From Camelus dromedarius (taxonomy: Eukaryota), in NCBI RefSeq assembly GCF_036321535.1, contig NC_087437.1, positions 64,544,001-64,608,000 on the forward strand: DNA of 64,000 nucleotides. The letters are read 5' to 3'. Shown piece after piece: positions 26,827 to 39,869 of the stretch. Under the pieces are notes generated by a model. The model was not told where the DNA came from and did not search any database. It was given only the letters and a program-made list of their open reading frames with translations. The translations under genes and the position numbers were made by a program. Every line of letters begins with the position of its first letter. Position 1 is the first letter of the stretch.

Positions 26827-27459
26827 GTAGGATCTCCTCATTCTCTTGTCTCAGAAAGTCTTTGCTCAGATCTTTCCTCAGTGGAGAAAGGGGAATACAG
26901 AAGGGGACTGTCTCCCCCACAAGTGCTTAGGTGTGTGACTGCAGGACTTGTGGGGACCCGGCACATGCCTCGGAAGGGGGACAGCTTCACAGGCAATGTG
27001 GCACCAGATGTGCTCTCTGAGTTCCCGTTGATTCTATCCTTTGCCTGCAAGATGTGAGACTCTTCTGACCACAGCCCTAGACCTGAAACTGACCAGAAAA
27101 GGTGACCCACTGATTATCTCCTTGCTCAACAAGGCTTATAAGAGCCAAATGGAACCTGCCTATTCCTAGGGTGGCCCACTTGAGATTTTCAACCAAAGCA
27201 CAGGCCTGTTGGCTTTGATTACTCATATGATGCTTCTTTTAGGTAACTGAGGCCACCAGAGGTCTTTCTAGGTGGTTCAGATTAGAAATGGAAGTTGAAG
27301 TGAAAAAATAATCAGTTACTATATTATATCTATTTTAGGGCACACATTTTTTTCACATCTCTGAAATAAGGCCACTCCCTAGCCACTGATAGTACGCTAT
27401 GACTTAATTGGCATCAGGAGCATCTAAATAACAATGCCTTAGACTCCATGAATTAGGGT

Positions 27460-28228
27460 TGTCACAGGTTGAGTTCTCCAGGAAGCAAAACTGACATGGA
27501 GTTAGGAATGCAAAAGATTTATTGTGAAGGTAAGAAAGAAACTGTATTGGGCAGACAGAGCCATCAGGCTGTTGTAAAAACCTGGCAAAGCTCTGGCAGC
27601 CTGAGATTGCCCGCTGGTGGGGTCCCACGTTGGAATCAGTGGCCTTTTTCAGCCATTGATGGGGGCCACCCTGAAAATAGCATGACGCGGCCTGGAGAGC
27701 TGAGATGGGCCCCGAGGGGCTAACAACTGGAGGCTGTCAGATAACCATATCCCCCTCTTCATTGAGGGGCGATCTGAGCAGCACATCTTTTTGCCTGCCA
27801 CATACACAGAATCATTTTTAGTCAATCAGTTTTAATTCCACCAAAATCATGCCACAAAAACAGGAGTATGATGAAGAATTATTTACTGTGGCATTGTCAG
27901 TGCTCCACCCATCTGCTGGACCATGACCCCAGGAGCATCCTCGACTGGTGACTGATAGAAGCTGGATAAATATCTTAGCTCCTTTACCCCTCTTGTGGTA
28001 TAACTCTGAGATGTGTGGTCTACACTGGCCCACCCACACCCCTTTGGAGTTAAGTTTCATTTGCTTCGTAACATCTCCTTCATTTGTTTCCTTCCTTCCC
28101 CTGTCTCACTTTCCCTCTCTGCTCTCCCTGTCTCACGCCCCTGGTATTTTCTGGGATCACCTCCCAAATAAACTTACACTCAAATCCTTGTCTCAGAGTC
28201 AGCTTCTAGGAGAACCCAAACTAAGACA
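27460..28228. mobile_element. LTR16-like ERVL LTR fragments
   Basis: 3' end 'aataaacttacactcaaatccttgtctcagagtcagcttctaggagaacccaaactaagaca' and an opposite-orientation terminus near 27460. Confidence 0.6.
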
Positions 28229-28261
28229 AAAGCAAACAAGTTATGAATAGAGCCTCCAAGA

Positions 28262-28407
28262 GGGGAGGGTATAGCTCAGTGGTAGTCTTCATGCCTAGCA
28301 TGCACGAGGTCCTGAGTTCAATTCCCAGTACCTCTGTTTAAAAATAAATAAATAAATAAATCTAACCAACTCCCCCATTAAAGAAAATAGAAAAAAAAAT
28401 TTAAGTC
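28262..28407 (+). mobile_element. tRNA-derived SINE of camelid type
   Basis: ggggagggtatagctcagtggtag (A box), gagttcaattcc (B box), (aaat)n, A-rich tail; 17-bp TSD tatgaatagagcctcca at 28242-28258 and 28408-28424. Confidence 0.88.
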
Positions 28408-28807
28408 TATGAATAGAGCCTCCACATATTTTTGACTCACAATTAAGTCCTTTCCAATAATTGTGCCTTAAGCATGGGTCTTCCCAAACTCACCATTTTT
28501 ATGTGGATTTTTAAAATCTATGAGCCTCGATGCATGCAGTTTTCTTACCACCATCATGGTATCATAGTAGCTACCATTTATTGGTATATGCCAGGCATAA
28601 GACTAGGCACTTTATGGTAACTTACCATTGAAAACTCTTGGTCTAATTACAGGTCGAGGTGAGAGGGAGGATCAGGAAGGGGCCTAGAGGAAGTTCATGT
28701 CTCTTTTGCACATGGGAAGTTCAGTCTCCTGGTGTGAAGTAGAATTACATCCTTTTCAAAGGAACCTTTGCTCGTTTCTTTATTTTTTATCTCCTCTCCT
28801 TTTTCAG

Positions 28808-29655
28808 AGACTGACATGCTCAGAGAAAACTATAGTCAACAGATTTCCATTAATCACAGTGACTTCAAAATTTTAAAAAATAATAAGAGTCAGCTATGGG
28901 AAGTCCTCTAGAATAAATTTGGGTGTATCTCTACCCTGGTCTCTCCAACTCAGGAAGGTAACAATGAGTCTCTACAAGTCTTCAGAAAAATGCTGACTCC
29001 CAGGCTAGAGTTATCTGTCTGGAAGGATGACCTCACCAGACATGCTGTTGATGCTGTGGTGAATGCAGCCAATGAAGACCTTATACATGGGGGAGGCCTG
29101 GCCCTGGCCCTTGTGAAAGCTGGTGGCCTTGAAATCCAAGAGGAGAGCAGAAGATTCATTTCTTCATTTGGCAAAATACCGACTAGTGGGATAGCTATCA
29201 CAGGAGCAGGGAAGCTTCCCTGCAAATTCATTATCCACGCTGTTGGGCCTCGGTGGGGGTCAATGGATGCATCAGAATGTGTCGAGAATCTGTATTCGGC
29301 CATTGTCAATGTTTTGAATCAAGTCAGTGATGAAAATTTGCACATCAAGACAATAGCAATTCCAGCCTTGAGCTCTGGAATTTTCAAATTCCCTCTGGAT
29401 TTGTGTACACGGGTCATTGTGCAAGCTATCAAGAGTTATTCCCAGAGTGAGAAACTAGCCAGTAATTTGAAAGAAATTCATCTGGTAAGCAATGAGGACC
29501 CTACTGTTGCTGCCTTTAAAACTGCTTCAGAAGTCATCCTAGGGAGGAACGAGCTAGAATCCTGGGCGAGTCAAGAAGTCATCTCCCCTTTTGATACAAT
29601 GGTGGTGAACAACCTGACTCTCCAGATTGTCTTGGGCCTCATTGAACTGCAAGAG
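28808..29655 (+). CDS. PARP9: PARP9 coding exon 3 (N-terminal KH-like region, macrodomain 1); in-frame TAG at 28909-28911
   Basis: ttttcag|(E)TDMLRENYSQQISINHSDFKILKNNKSQLWEVL*NKFGCISTLVSP...MLTPRLELSVWKDDLTRHAVDAVVNAANEDLIHGGGLALAL...HAVGP...IPALSSGIF...; donor gag|gtaggt. Confidence 0.95.
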
Positions 29656-29774
29656 GTAGGTCTTTGTTTCCGTTCTCTTGCACTGCCAAAGGGGATCTCT
29701 GAACTGTTTATTAGCTACCAATTATGTTTTGAGTATAGACTGTTTCAAACACTGCTTAGAAAGTATCTTGTTAA

Positions 29775-30005
29775 GGATAAGAGTGTGGACTTCAGAGCCA
29801 GGCCATCTGGATTTGAATACTAGCTTTGCCCTGTACTAACTGGGTGACCTGAATCAAGTTACTTTACCATTTGGACTTCAGTTTTCTCATCTGTAAAATG
29901 AGGATAATAATAGCACTTATATCTTAGAGTTGGAATCAATACATATAAACTTATTAGAGTAGAACTTGGCATGTGATAACTATTTATGATTATTATTACT
30001 ATTAT
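29775..30005 (+). mobile_element. MIR SINE
   Basis: 'ctgggtgacctgaatcaagttactttacc...cttcagttttctcatctgtaaaatgaggataataatagca'. Confidence 0.8.
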
Positions 30006-30736
30006 TCTTAGGCACCATGAGGAAATAGAGCAATCTTTGATTCCAGGGTAGTTAAAATCTATTATATTCTCTTTGAGTAAAAAGATTCTCTATTTGAAAA
30101 ATCTCACTGGGGAGACAAATCATCTGAACATTTCTAAAGCAACCTATCAATAATAAACAAGGAAGTCTTAATAGAAAGTGTATTCATAATATATATGAGT
30201 ATGTACACTTGTGACAGGTGTGGAGTGTAGTAGACCATGAAGGATTACTCTAGAAGATGTGAGTTTTGAATCTGATATCAAGTTAAGTTGGTTATGAACT
30301 GGCAGGAGGAGAGGCCTGGGTGGTTACAATGACTAATCAGAGAGATACAGAGGAATTGACAGATTAAAAATAATAGGCTGGACCAGTCATCAGACCCATA
30401 TGGAGCTGTAGATTATCTTCTGAGTATATGCCTCTGTGCCAGGGGCTGTGGAGGATACAAAGTGTAACTTAGCTTTTAGCCAGGGATCATTGGGCACAAA
30501 GGTGAGGGCCCTGCAGGGAGAGGAGGGAGTCAGGGTGGCAGTGAACCTAGGTATTTCTGGATTAGTGCTGCTTCCCTGCTAGGCAAAGAGCACCTTGAGG
30601 GTGGGGATCAAGGTTTGTAGTCCCAGAGCTGGTCTCTGGGCATGCATCTAGGTGTTCACCAAATTATTGATGAATAACTTCAGGGGGCAGCAGGGAGCAA
30701 GAGCTTCAGTGGAGGAAGACAAAGACTATATAAAGC

Positions 30737-30739
<3 letters not shown>

Positions 30740-30800
<61 letters not shown>
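30740..30800. repeat. (TA)n microsatellite, ~30 units
   Basis: Perfect TA run. Confidence 0.98.
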
Positions 30801-30803
<3 letters not shown>

Positions 30804-31895
30804 TTTTTTTTTCCTGGATCAGGGACTTTTTTATGGCCACAATCAAATGACCTAATCACAAGTAGAAAAATGCCACTTATTGCCTTCAAGACAATTAGAA
30901 AGAAGATTGAGGGGACCCATGAAATGAAATATTTATTTGATAAGTCATTAATATGTCGATTAGAAGTTAAAGGGGAAACATCCTGGTTAAATAACTTACT
31001 CCTTTAACTAAAATTTTATTGTATCTATTTATCGCCAACATTAGAGATTTTAAAATTTGTAGAGGGTGCCAGTGCCCCCAACTTGCAAATTCTGATTGCA
31101 TTTTCAAAGTGACACATTTGTTAACATCCATGAGAAGTACCTAAGTTACTCCCAAAGGGAGCCAAAACCATCAGGATGAATTAGGGGGATTTGAGCATGG
31201 GAGGAAAGAAGGATACAACCCCTTTTAGCACAACTCTAAGAGGTGACATTATTTAAAATACAGCCCATGTGTATGTACAGTCTGTGTCTGAAAGGACAGA
31301 TGAAGAACTGGTGAAATGGTTGCCTGTAGGACAGGTGGGTGAGGGGGATCTGGGGACACCACCAAAAGGGACACCTGCTTTCCACCAAAGACTTTTTTGT
31401 CTTATTTGTGCTTTCTTTAATCATGTACTACTTACCTTAAAAATACAAATTAGGAGGTAGAAATTTTTTGAGAAATTTTATTTCCACTCTGTTTAAAATA
31501 AAGCAAAATGAAAAATCACCTAGAAACAGCAAAAAAGTGATGACACTAGGGCAGGAAATGAAACCACTGATTGATAACATACAACAAATCACAGAGACTG
31601 CTCAGAATCTGGGAATATTGGAGGTAGAAGCCAGCAAGGGGCTGACAGAAGTTTGCAATAAAAATTATATCATCCACACAACTTTACCTAATTTCTCAGT
31701 AGGAGAATAGGACAAACAGACTCATGGCAATCAAATGATCACTCTTTGGAAATGAGTTTATATCCATTATTAAATGGTATTTTTATGGATTTAGGATCTT
31801 CAAAAGTGCTTTTCAAAGCTTTTCAGGGAAATAAAGATTTCAGTTAGTCATTTAAGAAAAAGTGATTTAATCCTGTTCATTTTTTCCCTTTGCAG

Positions 31896-32117
31896 ACGGA
31901 TGTAATTGTTAATTCTGTAGATTCATATTATGATTTTGGATTTGGGTCTGTGTCGAAATCAATTCTGCGAGTAGCAGGAGATGAACTAGAACAGGAATTT
32001 AGCCAAAAGATGAGTAAGACACCGCTAGATTCCCAGTCTGTACTGGTCACAAAAGGATTTAAATTGTCCTGCAAATATGTATACCATGTGTTGTGGCAAT
32101 ATTCTGAACAAAATCTG
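31896..32117 (+). CDS. PARP9: PARP9 coding exon 4 (macrodomain 2)
   Basis: tttgcag|[28 protein letters not shown]...[25 protein letters not shown]|gtaagg; 222 nt. Confidence 0.95.
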
Positions 32118-32141
32118 GTAAGGTCAAAATAAATTTACCTT

Positions 32142-32271
32142 TTTTAAAATATATATCTTTATTGAAGTACAGTCAGTTTACACTGTTGTGTCAGTTTCTG
32201 GTGCACAGCACAATGCTTCAGTCACGTGAACATACATGTATTCGTTTTCATGTTCTTCCTCACCGTAAGTT
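32142..32271 (-). mobile_element. Short 5'-truncated L1 3' end with TSD
   Basis: 'tttattgaagtacagtcagtttacactgttgtgtcagtttctggtgcacagc' flanked by aaaataaatttacctt (32126-32141) and aaaataaatttatctt (32272-32287); similar element at ~54895-55081. Confidence 0.8.
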
Positions 32272-33417
32272 AAAATAAATTTATCTTTCTGTAGCTCCAG
32301 AGTCTATGTAGTCTTTGTTGAACTTCCATCATGTCATTACATTCATGAAATATTATTGTCAAGTGGAATAGTCCCCATTCTCTACGACTCCTGTGAATAC
32401 CTGAAATACAAAACAGGTGTTGTGGTCACAAGTTATCTTAAGTTTATTTTAAAATATCACCTAACCCATGTCTAAGTTTTAAGTGGTTATACGTCAGATA
32501 GACACAGACACTCTGCACACTTGTTCATCTTGCCACACCCAGTGACCCTGGAGGCCTTTTCCTACAGGGCCTGGGATTCAGGCTCTCCATATTTCCTGCC
32601 ATCGGTTAGATTCCAGGACCACCTGGGATTTCCCTTCCAGTATCATTCTGGTCAAATCTGTTACCTGTGTTGTCTTCCCACCTGTGCTTGTGGTAGAGCT
32701 TAGCTCTCTGGCTGACTCTACAACTGAGGCACATAAGATACATGCATCAGAGAATAGGGGAAACCTACTGAGATGCGGAGAGAGGGAAACTTAATCCCCT
32801 TCTCTACCTTTGTCTTTATTTACTTTGTCACCGTTTCTGGTCTTTTGTCTGGAGAGCCCTCAGATCCCAAATATGTCCTCCAGTCATTCTCTACCCCTCA
32901 GTTTTCCAAGGTCCTTCCATAGGTAACCTTTCTAAATTAGTATTCAGTCTGAATGTTAAAATGTTGATGGAAGTTTAAATCTGCCAAAAATAAATTATAC
33001 GACAGTACTTAATGACACTGAATAAATGTTGCTTATTTGCTTTAATCTCTCTCTCCTTTACTAAAAGCTCTTTATGTTGACCTATAAGTGCCCAGTGAAA
33101 GGGGATAAACTGAAGTTTGGCTCTCTGACCTGGGGAGAAGTACATAAACTGGTAGAAATCACAATACCCAGATGTCCTGAATGGCACAAAATGGACCATT
33201 CAGTTACTTCAGTTTCTCAGCCCTTTCATTTCTCATCTAACCTTATCACTGTAATGGGTTTCCTGTCTCATGGGACCTTTTCTGTCCCCTGAGGAGATGT
33301 AGACATGGCCCTGAAGGACAGTGGATGTTGGCACTGTAAAATATGGGCAGGGTTAATGTGTAAGTGAAGTCTTATTTTTGATTCAAGGCTGATCTTAAAT
33401 TTGTCTTTTTCCTACAG

Positions 33418-33636
33418 GTATTGAAAAATGCAATGAAGGAATGCTTGGAAAAATGTCTTGAGCTAAATATAACTTCTATTTCCTTTCCTGCCCTTGGGAC
33501 TGGAGTCATAGGTATTTCGAAGGGTACAGCAGCAGAGATAATGTTTAATGAAGTTTTACTATTTGCCAAACACCATTTGCAAAAACAATTAACTGTAAAG
33601 TTTGTGATCTTTCCAAAAGAACTGGAGACATATAAG
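33418..33636 (+). CDS. PARP9: PARP9 coding exon 5 (macrodomain 2)
   Basis: cctacag|[29 protein letters not shown]...[14 protein letters not shown]|gtgagt; 219 nt. Confidence 0.96.
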
Positions 33637-36056
33637 GTGAGTTAATATCTTAAAAATGTCCTACAGTTCATTCATTCATTCACTCAACAACATCTGTTTG
33701 GTATCTCTAAAGTAAGACACGGGGTCAAGTGCTGTACAGCATGGTGATGTTCTAACTTGGTGAAATTTAATTTTTATAAATTGCTCACTTCTGACCTAGT
33801 GAAGAAAGTTATTGTCGAAGGCATATTTACCACACTACCTAGCTTCTCTCTTTTCCTTTGTTGGCATTGATTCTTCCCTCTGCTCCTTAAAAATAAATGA
33901 CTTCCTAGTTTTTAGTGTGGGGTCCTCTGCTCCTCCCGCTTCTCCTCCCTACCTCCCAGACTATCTCCACGTGGGTGGTTGCCATTTTCTCTCTCCCTAC
34001 AAGGAAACAAACTTAGACTTATTCTAGCTTGCTCTTTCCTGGAACCGGTGTAAAGGTTCTTAGTCCTTTTGCTGCCTCACTGGACACAGGGAGGTCTGTA
34101 GTGTGCTGATTTCCATTACTGACATCGTGCTATCGATGCTGCATGGCTGAAGGAGGAATTGGAAGATATGTTCACAGTGGGGTCTCGTGAGCTGATGTAA
34201 GCCAGCTCCTGTACACCACTGTCTCATCTACAGCTGACCTGCAGGATGGGGGAAAATTACCCGATGAAGTAGCTTACCTTCTTGACAAAATGAATCATAC
34301 TGTCATTCAAATGAAGTTCAGCAGCTTTCCCCCCAAGCAGAGGACTATTACAGGGCCTAGATAGGTGCCCTGAGTATATCCCTGAACTATCCGTAAAGCC
34401 CCATATCCCTATAAGGGGAATTAACCACATCTAGAAAAGAAGGCGCTCATTCTCTTTAACATACAAACAAAAATGTACACGGTCACTCAACAATACACAA
34501 AGATCAACCACAGTTGGAGGGCACTCCTAGGGGCTAATAATAAAAGTAGTTGCCTTGTATGCATCGGCCAGGTACTGTGCCAGGAGGAAGGTGTATCTTT
34601 TCACTCTCCCCTCAATCCTGTGATGAAGCCACTGTTGTCTTCTTCATTTTACACATGGGACCAGAAGTTAATATGCACACGACTAGTCCAGTGGCTGAGC
34701 CAGAATTCCAACCTGGGTCTTTTGGTGTTGGTCTGACCCCAAAGCCTGTGTTCTGAGCCACTAAACAAAAAATACAGAAAAAATGACTTGAGAGATGATA
34801 CAACTTTCAGTTTGGCTCAAAGGAGAGGATTATCTTACACAGTAATTTATGTAATACCCTGGACATTGACCATTCGTTCAGGCATTTTTCAGTGTTAGCA
34901 CTACATTATATCCATGTGGGAGTATGACGTGTGTGTACAGATGCGTATATATCTCTGGTCTTCTGCTAAGCACATCTTTTCTTTGTAAACAGGTCTTTTA
35001 ATGAGGGATGTGTGTTCAGAAAGATCAGAGGACAACTGACACAGTTCACAGGGGGCATTACCTTGGCAAGGTCCCTGCATTCCAGAAAATAGATTTGTCA
35101 GACATCTAGAGTCTGACCTGACTCAGAAAGACCAACCTATACTAAACTCACAATAAAGTATACTTATATTCACACGTGTGAACTTTCCAATTCATGAATG
35201 ACGAGTAAATAACTCCTTAGCTGACCAAAATACTGTGTTTACCCAGTATTTCACGATGATAAGGGTCCTGGCTGAAGCTGAGTATCTATAAAGGTGGTGG
35301 ATAGTCATTCATTTGGTTATTTAACAAATATTTATTGCACATCTACCTTGTGTCAGACATTATGTCTTAGAATAAGGAATACCTTACTAGGAACACTCCT
35401 GACATCCCTCACATTGGGTATTGGACATTTGTGGACATAGCTAGAAAAACTGCCAAGTTCTTGCCATTTGGATCTACTTTTCCAAACTCCTTGCAGACCA
35501 TCTGCTTGTTATCCACACCTTCTATGTTACTGATGCTGATTAAGTTACTGTTGTCTTTCGAAGTGGATTTTTATCCATTTTGCATATGGCAGCTATTATT
35601 AGTCTATTTATAAGCAGGTAATGTTATCTCATTTGTTTTGAAGGGCAGGGAATTTCCCTGTCATGACCTCTTCAGGTACTGCATAAGTATGGTAAGATCA
35701 AGAGCTTTTTGCCCTGGAAATTGCAGTGCAAATATGATTTATGAAGAAAATGTCCTACAGATTAAGAAACTTCATTGTCGAAGTTCAGATGTAATGAAAA
35801 ATCTAGTCTTTACCTCATTATTTACCATCTTTTTCAATGAAGTAATTAATATCGAGTGCATCAACTTTAAACAAGGAAGACACTGGGCATGGTGGTTCCA
35901 AACCCTGGGAGAGATGAATTTTTTCAAATAGACACTGTTAAAGGATCTGCTTGGCAATATACATAAATCTTTGTGTGTAGACTGTCATATAATAATAATG
36001 ATGACAGTGACTAAAAGCCTCACTTAGGACTCTCTGCTCTGTTTTGCTTCTTGTAG

Positions 36057-36120
36057 TTTTTCAGCACTGAAATGGAAAAGAATAAGGTCAAGCTGCACGG
36101 TCTTAACAGTTACCCTAGTG
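36057..36120 (+). CDS. PARP9: PARP9 coding exon 6
   Basis: cttgtag|FFSTEMEKNKVKLHGLNSYPS|gtgagt; human AFSSEMAKRSKMLSLNNYS; 64 nt restores phase. Confidence 0.9.
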
Positions 36121-39100
36121 GTGAGTAAGAAATTCACGGGCCTGGAAGTAGAGTCTACCACCATAGGCTCTTGCTATTCTTGATCATCTGAACTAGTGGA
36201 GGGGAGAAGAAGAAGAAATAAGCCAAAAATATTTAATTGTGATTGAATGCCAGCCTGCTCTACACCTGACCATGATTCTATTTTTGCTCAGTCTATTTTC
36301 ATGATATGAACAGAGAGAAGCTAAGTCGCAGTGGGTAATCCACAATGTGGGTAGTTCATTTACAAATAGCTGTCTATTATTTTTTTCATAAGCTTACTAA
36401 GCCAGTTACGCTTTCTGCTTTGAATGGAGTGCCATCTAAATGGGGTTACTTATCAGTAGTCATAGAAAACACAGCTCAGTAATACCAGATAACAAATGAA
36501 TTAACCCAATGCTACACAAACCTGAGTAATCATTGGGATCATGACAGAAACTTTAAAAAACAAACAAAAATATGTATGGCCCTAACTCTACAGATTCTGA
36601 TTCAGGAACTCTTGAGTCTGGGCTAAGCATGTATATTTTTTAATGCTGCCCAGTCAGTTTTGCTGCTGAACCAGCTTTGGGGTTCGCTGGACTAAACCAG
36701 TCCTGGTTGTCATTGGATAAGGATTAACTTTATCTTATAACTACATTTCAATCCACAGTGTCCCATAGACGTTAAGAACACCAGACATTCAACCAGCAAT
36801 AGAAACTGTTAAGATATTTTCCATTAGGGTCAAAATGATTTGTTTATGCCCTTTAAATAGAAGAGTTCACTTACAGACATTCAGTGTCCAGCAGGATTGG
36901 AAATGAGAAGGAGGGACTTTAAAATCTCTGGCCTGTGACTGCACCTCGTATGAGCCTATTTATCTATTTGTAAAATGATGATAACAGCAGACTGTTGTGA
37001 GAATAACTGGAGGTTATGTATGTAAAAAATATTCTGTAAATTGCAAAGCATTAAACAGATGCCAGGGAATAAATAATGAATGAGAGGACGGACAAACTCC
37101 CCAGGTGGCTCAGAAGAGGGAGAGATGCCTTCTTCCTGGAAGGGAGCAAGAATGACTTCATAGGCAAGATGATTCTAACTAAGCTGAGCTTTGAGGATGG
37201 CAAGATTCTCAATGGCCAGAGTTGGTGGGGTGGGGCACCTAAAGTGAAGAAAACTCACAGAAGCAAACAAATGGAGTGCATATTTGGGGAACCACAGTGA
37301 CTCTAGGGGAGCTGGATAGGAGGAGTTTTAGGTGATAATAATATGGAAAAGGAACATACAAGTGTCTCTATATCATTAATCTGAATAATGGTGCCAGGCA
37401 GCACCATTTATTTCAGTAATTCTTGACATTTGTAAATTATAGCCTAGGACAGTAATTGATACTAATAATGATTAATGATGATCATCTCAGATTATCAAGG
37501 AAAGTTTAACTATTTAGGAAAGCAGGGAAGTGTGTTTCCATTAGAAATATGTAACTAATAAATTGTTAAAATTAAATATGTTTAAATATACAAACAAACA
37601 AACAAGTTTTGGTGCTAGGAGAGACTCCTTTAGCGATCTGAACAATTTAGTTACCTAGAAGAATAATTCTCCTTTCTTGATAATCATGGACAGGTGAGGT
37701 GTCACCATGTATTGTTTTTATTTTCTCCTAAAAATTAAATAATCTCCCAGGCAGAACAAGGGTTAAAAAAAATATGTCATCAGTTTAAGGCTCTCTGTCA
37801 CTTCTTACTGTTGTCTAAAACACTGGCTTTTAATTTTACTCAGAGGAAAGCCATTCTTCTCCTCCTACCTACCTAGAAAGGTGTGTCCTGGTACTTTGTC
37901 ATAGCTCCTGGTACCATGCAACTACTATAACAGGGGGAAAGATGCTCATGACCACTGTTGTCTTGGGATCACTTGCTAGGAAGCAGAATTGTATGAGTAC
38001 TGGAGTCAGACTGTTCACACCTACTAGCTCCATGGCCACCACTTACAAGTCCTATAACCATGGGCATCTTAGTTAATAACTTTATGAATCAGTTTCCTCA
38101 TTTGTATGATGGGTACTACTAACAGTACCTATCTTGTAGGATTGTGAGAATCAAATAAAATAATACATGTAAAGCACTTAGAATAATGCCTAGAACATAG
38201 TAAGTGCTCAGTTTACTTTTTATTATCAAAATGTGTTTCTGAAATCTATCCATGTAGCTAAAGTTTATTCCTTTTCATTACTCTAATAGTTATTTTTAAA
38301 AGACATGCAGGTAATTTCTGTTACAAACAAGAATGTGAACTTTCTTGTATCTCCTGATACACAAGTCCCAAAGTTCTTTAATTACAGGAGTGGTTGTTCC
38401 AGTTTTACATGTGATTTGAATTTATAGAAATTCCAGTTGCTCTGTGTTCTTGCTAACACTTGATGTTGTCAGACTTCTGAATTTTTGTCAATCTGGTTAT
38501 TTTTCATTTCCGCGACTGCCAATGAAGATGAGCATCTTTTCTCACATGTATGGGCCATTTTTGTTTCCTTTTCTGTGAAATCTTTTGCCTGACTGGCTAC
38601 TGGATTATTTCTTTTTCTTCATGATTTGAGGGAATTCTTTATGTATTCTAGATACTGCTTCACCTAGGAATTCCCTCTTAGCTAGTCCATTGCCCATCCC
38701 ACTTTTATGTCACATTGGGTTCAGAGTCATTCTAATCCATCAGAGATTCTTGCTCTTTATATATATCTTTATTCCTTGGAGGGGGGGAGTTGTGGAAAAG
38801 GGTACAGGTGGATGGGTTGGAAACAAGTCCTGTTTCCTTTTCTGCTGGAATGTATATTATGTTCAGCAGCAGTAGCAGCAGCAGCTGCTAAGCTCCAAAT
38901 GCTAGTTGTGGAGGTACAAAATGTCCTGCCATATACAGATAAGATATAAAAAGGAATCCCAGATAGTGAAATTATGGGTATTTCTTCCTTTTGTAGTACT
39001 TTGATAATTTCCTATTTTTCGATAATAAACAGGTATTATTTTTTAGAATCAGAAACACATGTTGTTGTTGTTTTAAAAAAGAATTTTTGCTCTTTAAGCT

Positions 39101-39497
39101 CTGTGGCTTTCATATATGTTTGATTTTAAACCCAGTGGTAACAAGACTTTAAGAAAAATCCCATTCAGCAGGAATTGATAGTTGGTTAACATCCAGGATG
39201 AGATCACAAGGTGAGCTCATCTGTGAATTGACTAATGCAACACAGCAGGGTCAAGACATGATAAAGCACCCCCCTTACAGACTAAACCCTGTGTTCCCCA
39301 AAAGGCCATAAACCATGCATTTAGATTTCCTTTGTACTCAGCACAGTGCTCAGTGCTCAGATGTAGGTACTTAATTGAAGCTGCTACTGCTGAGGATGGT
39401 GACTATATCCTCGGGGCAACACTGGCCATGGTGTTTTTTTTCATGCATTGATTTTAAACTGGCTGCCTTCTGTTGTTACTTACGATAGTCTTTTTAG

Positions 39498-39869
39498 TCT
39501 GCCAGGGGACCAGAGAGAAGAGAGAAAATGGACTCAAAGGTCCTGTCATCAAGCTGATGGGATCCAACCAGGAAAAGATAGATGAGGCTCAAGCATGGAT
39601 CCAGAGGATCCTGACCCTCCAGGACTGCCACGTCATTGAGGATAACCATATCCTCTACCTTGGGGAAGAGGAACATGACATTTTATCCCAGCTTCAGAAA
39701 ATGTTACAGGTCTCTATCTCAGAGATTATCAGTCCAGGAAAGGCAAAGTTAGAGATTAAAGGAGCCCAGGCCGACCTCATTGAGGCGGTTATGAAGATTG
39801 AACATATGCTGTGTGAAGTTCAAGAGGAAATGGTAAGAAAAAAGGAGCGAGTCCTTTGGAGCTTATCAG
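39498..39869 (+). CDS. PARP9: PARP9 coding exon 7 (KH-like region)
   Basis: tttttag|(V)CQGTREKRENGLKGPVIKLMG...AWIQRIL...NHILYLG...EEMVRKKERVLWSLS|gtgagt; 372 nt. Confidence 0.95.

Noticed and set aside
28262..28335. tRNA gene
   Set aside because: A/B boxes are followed by a SINE body, A tail and TSD; no convincing cloverleaf
30652..30889. ORFs with YIYIYI runs
   Set aside because: Translation of a (TA)n microsatellite
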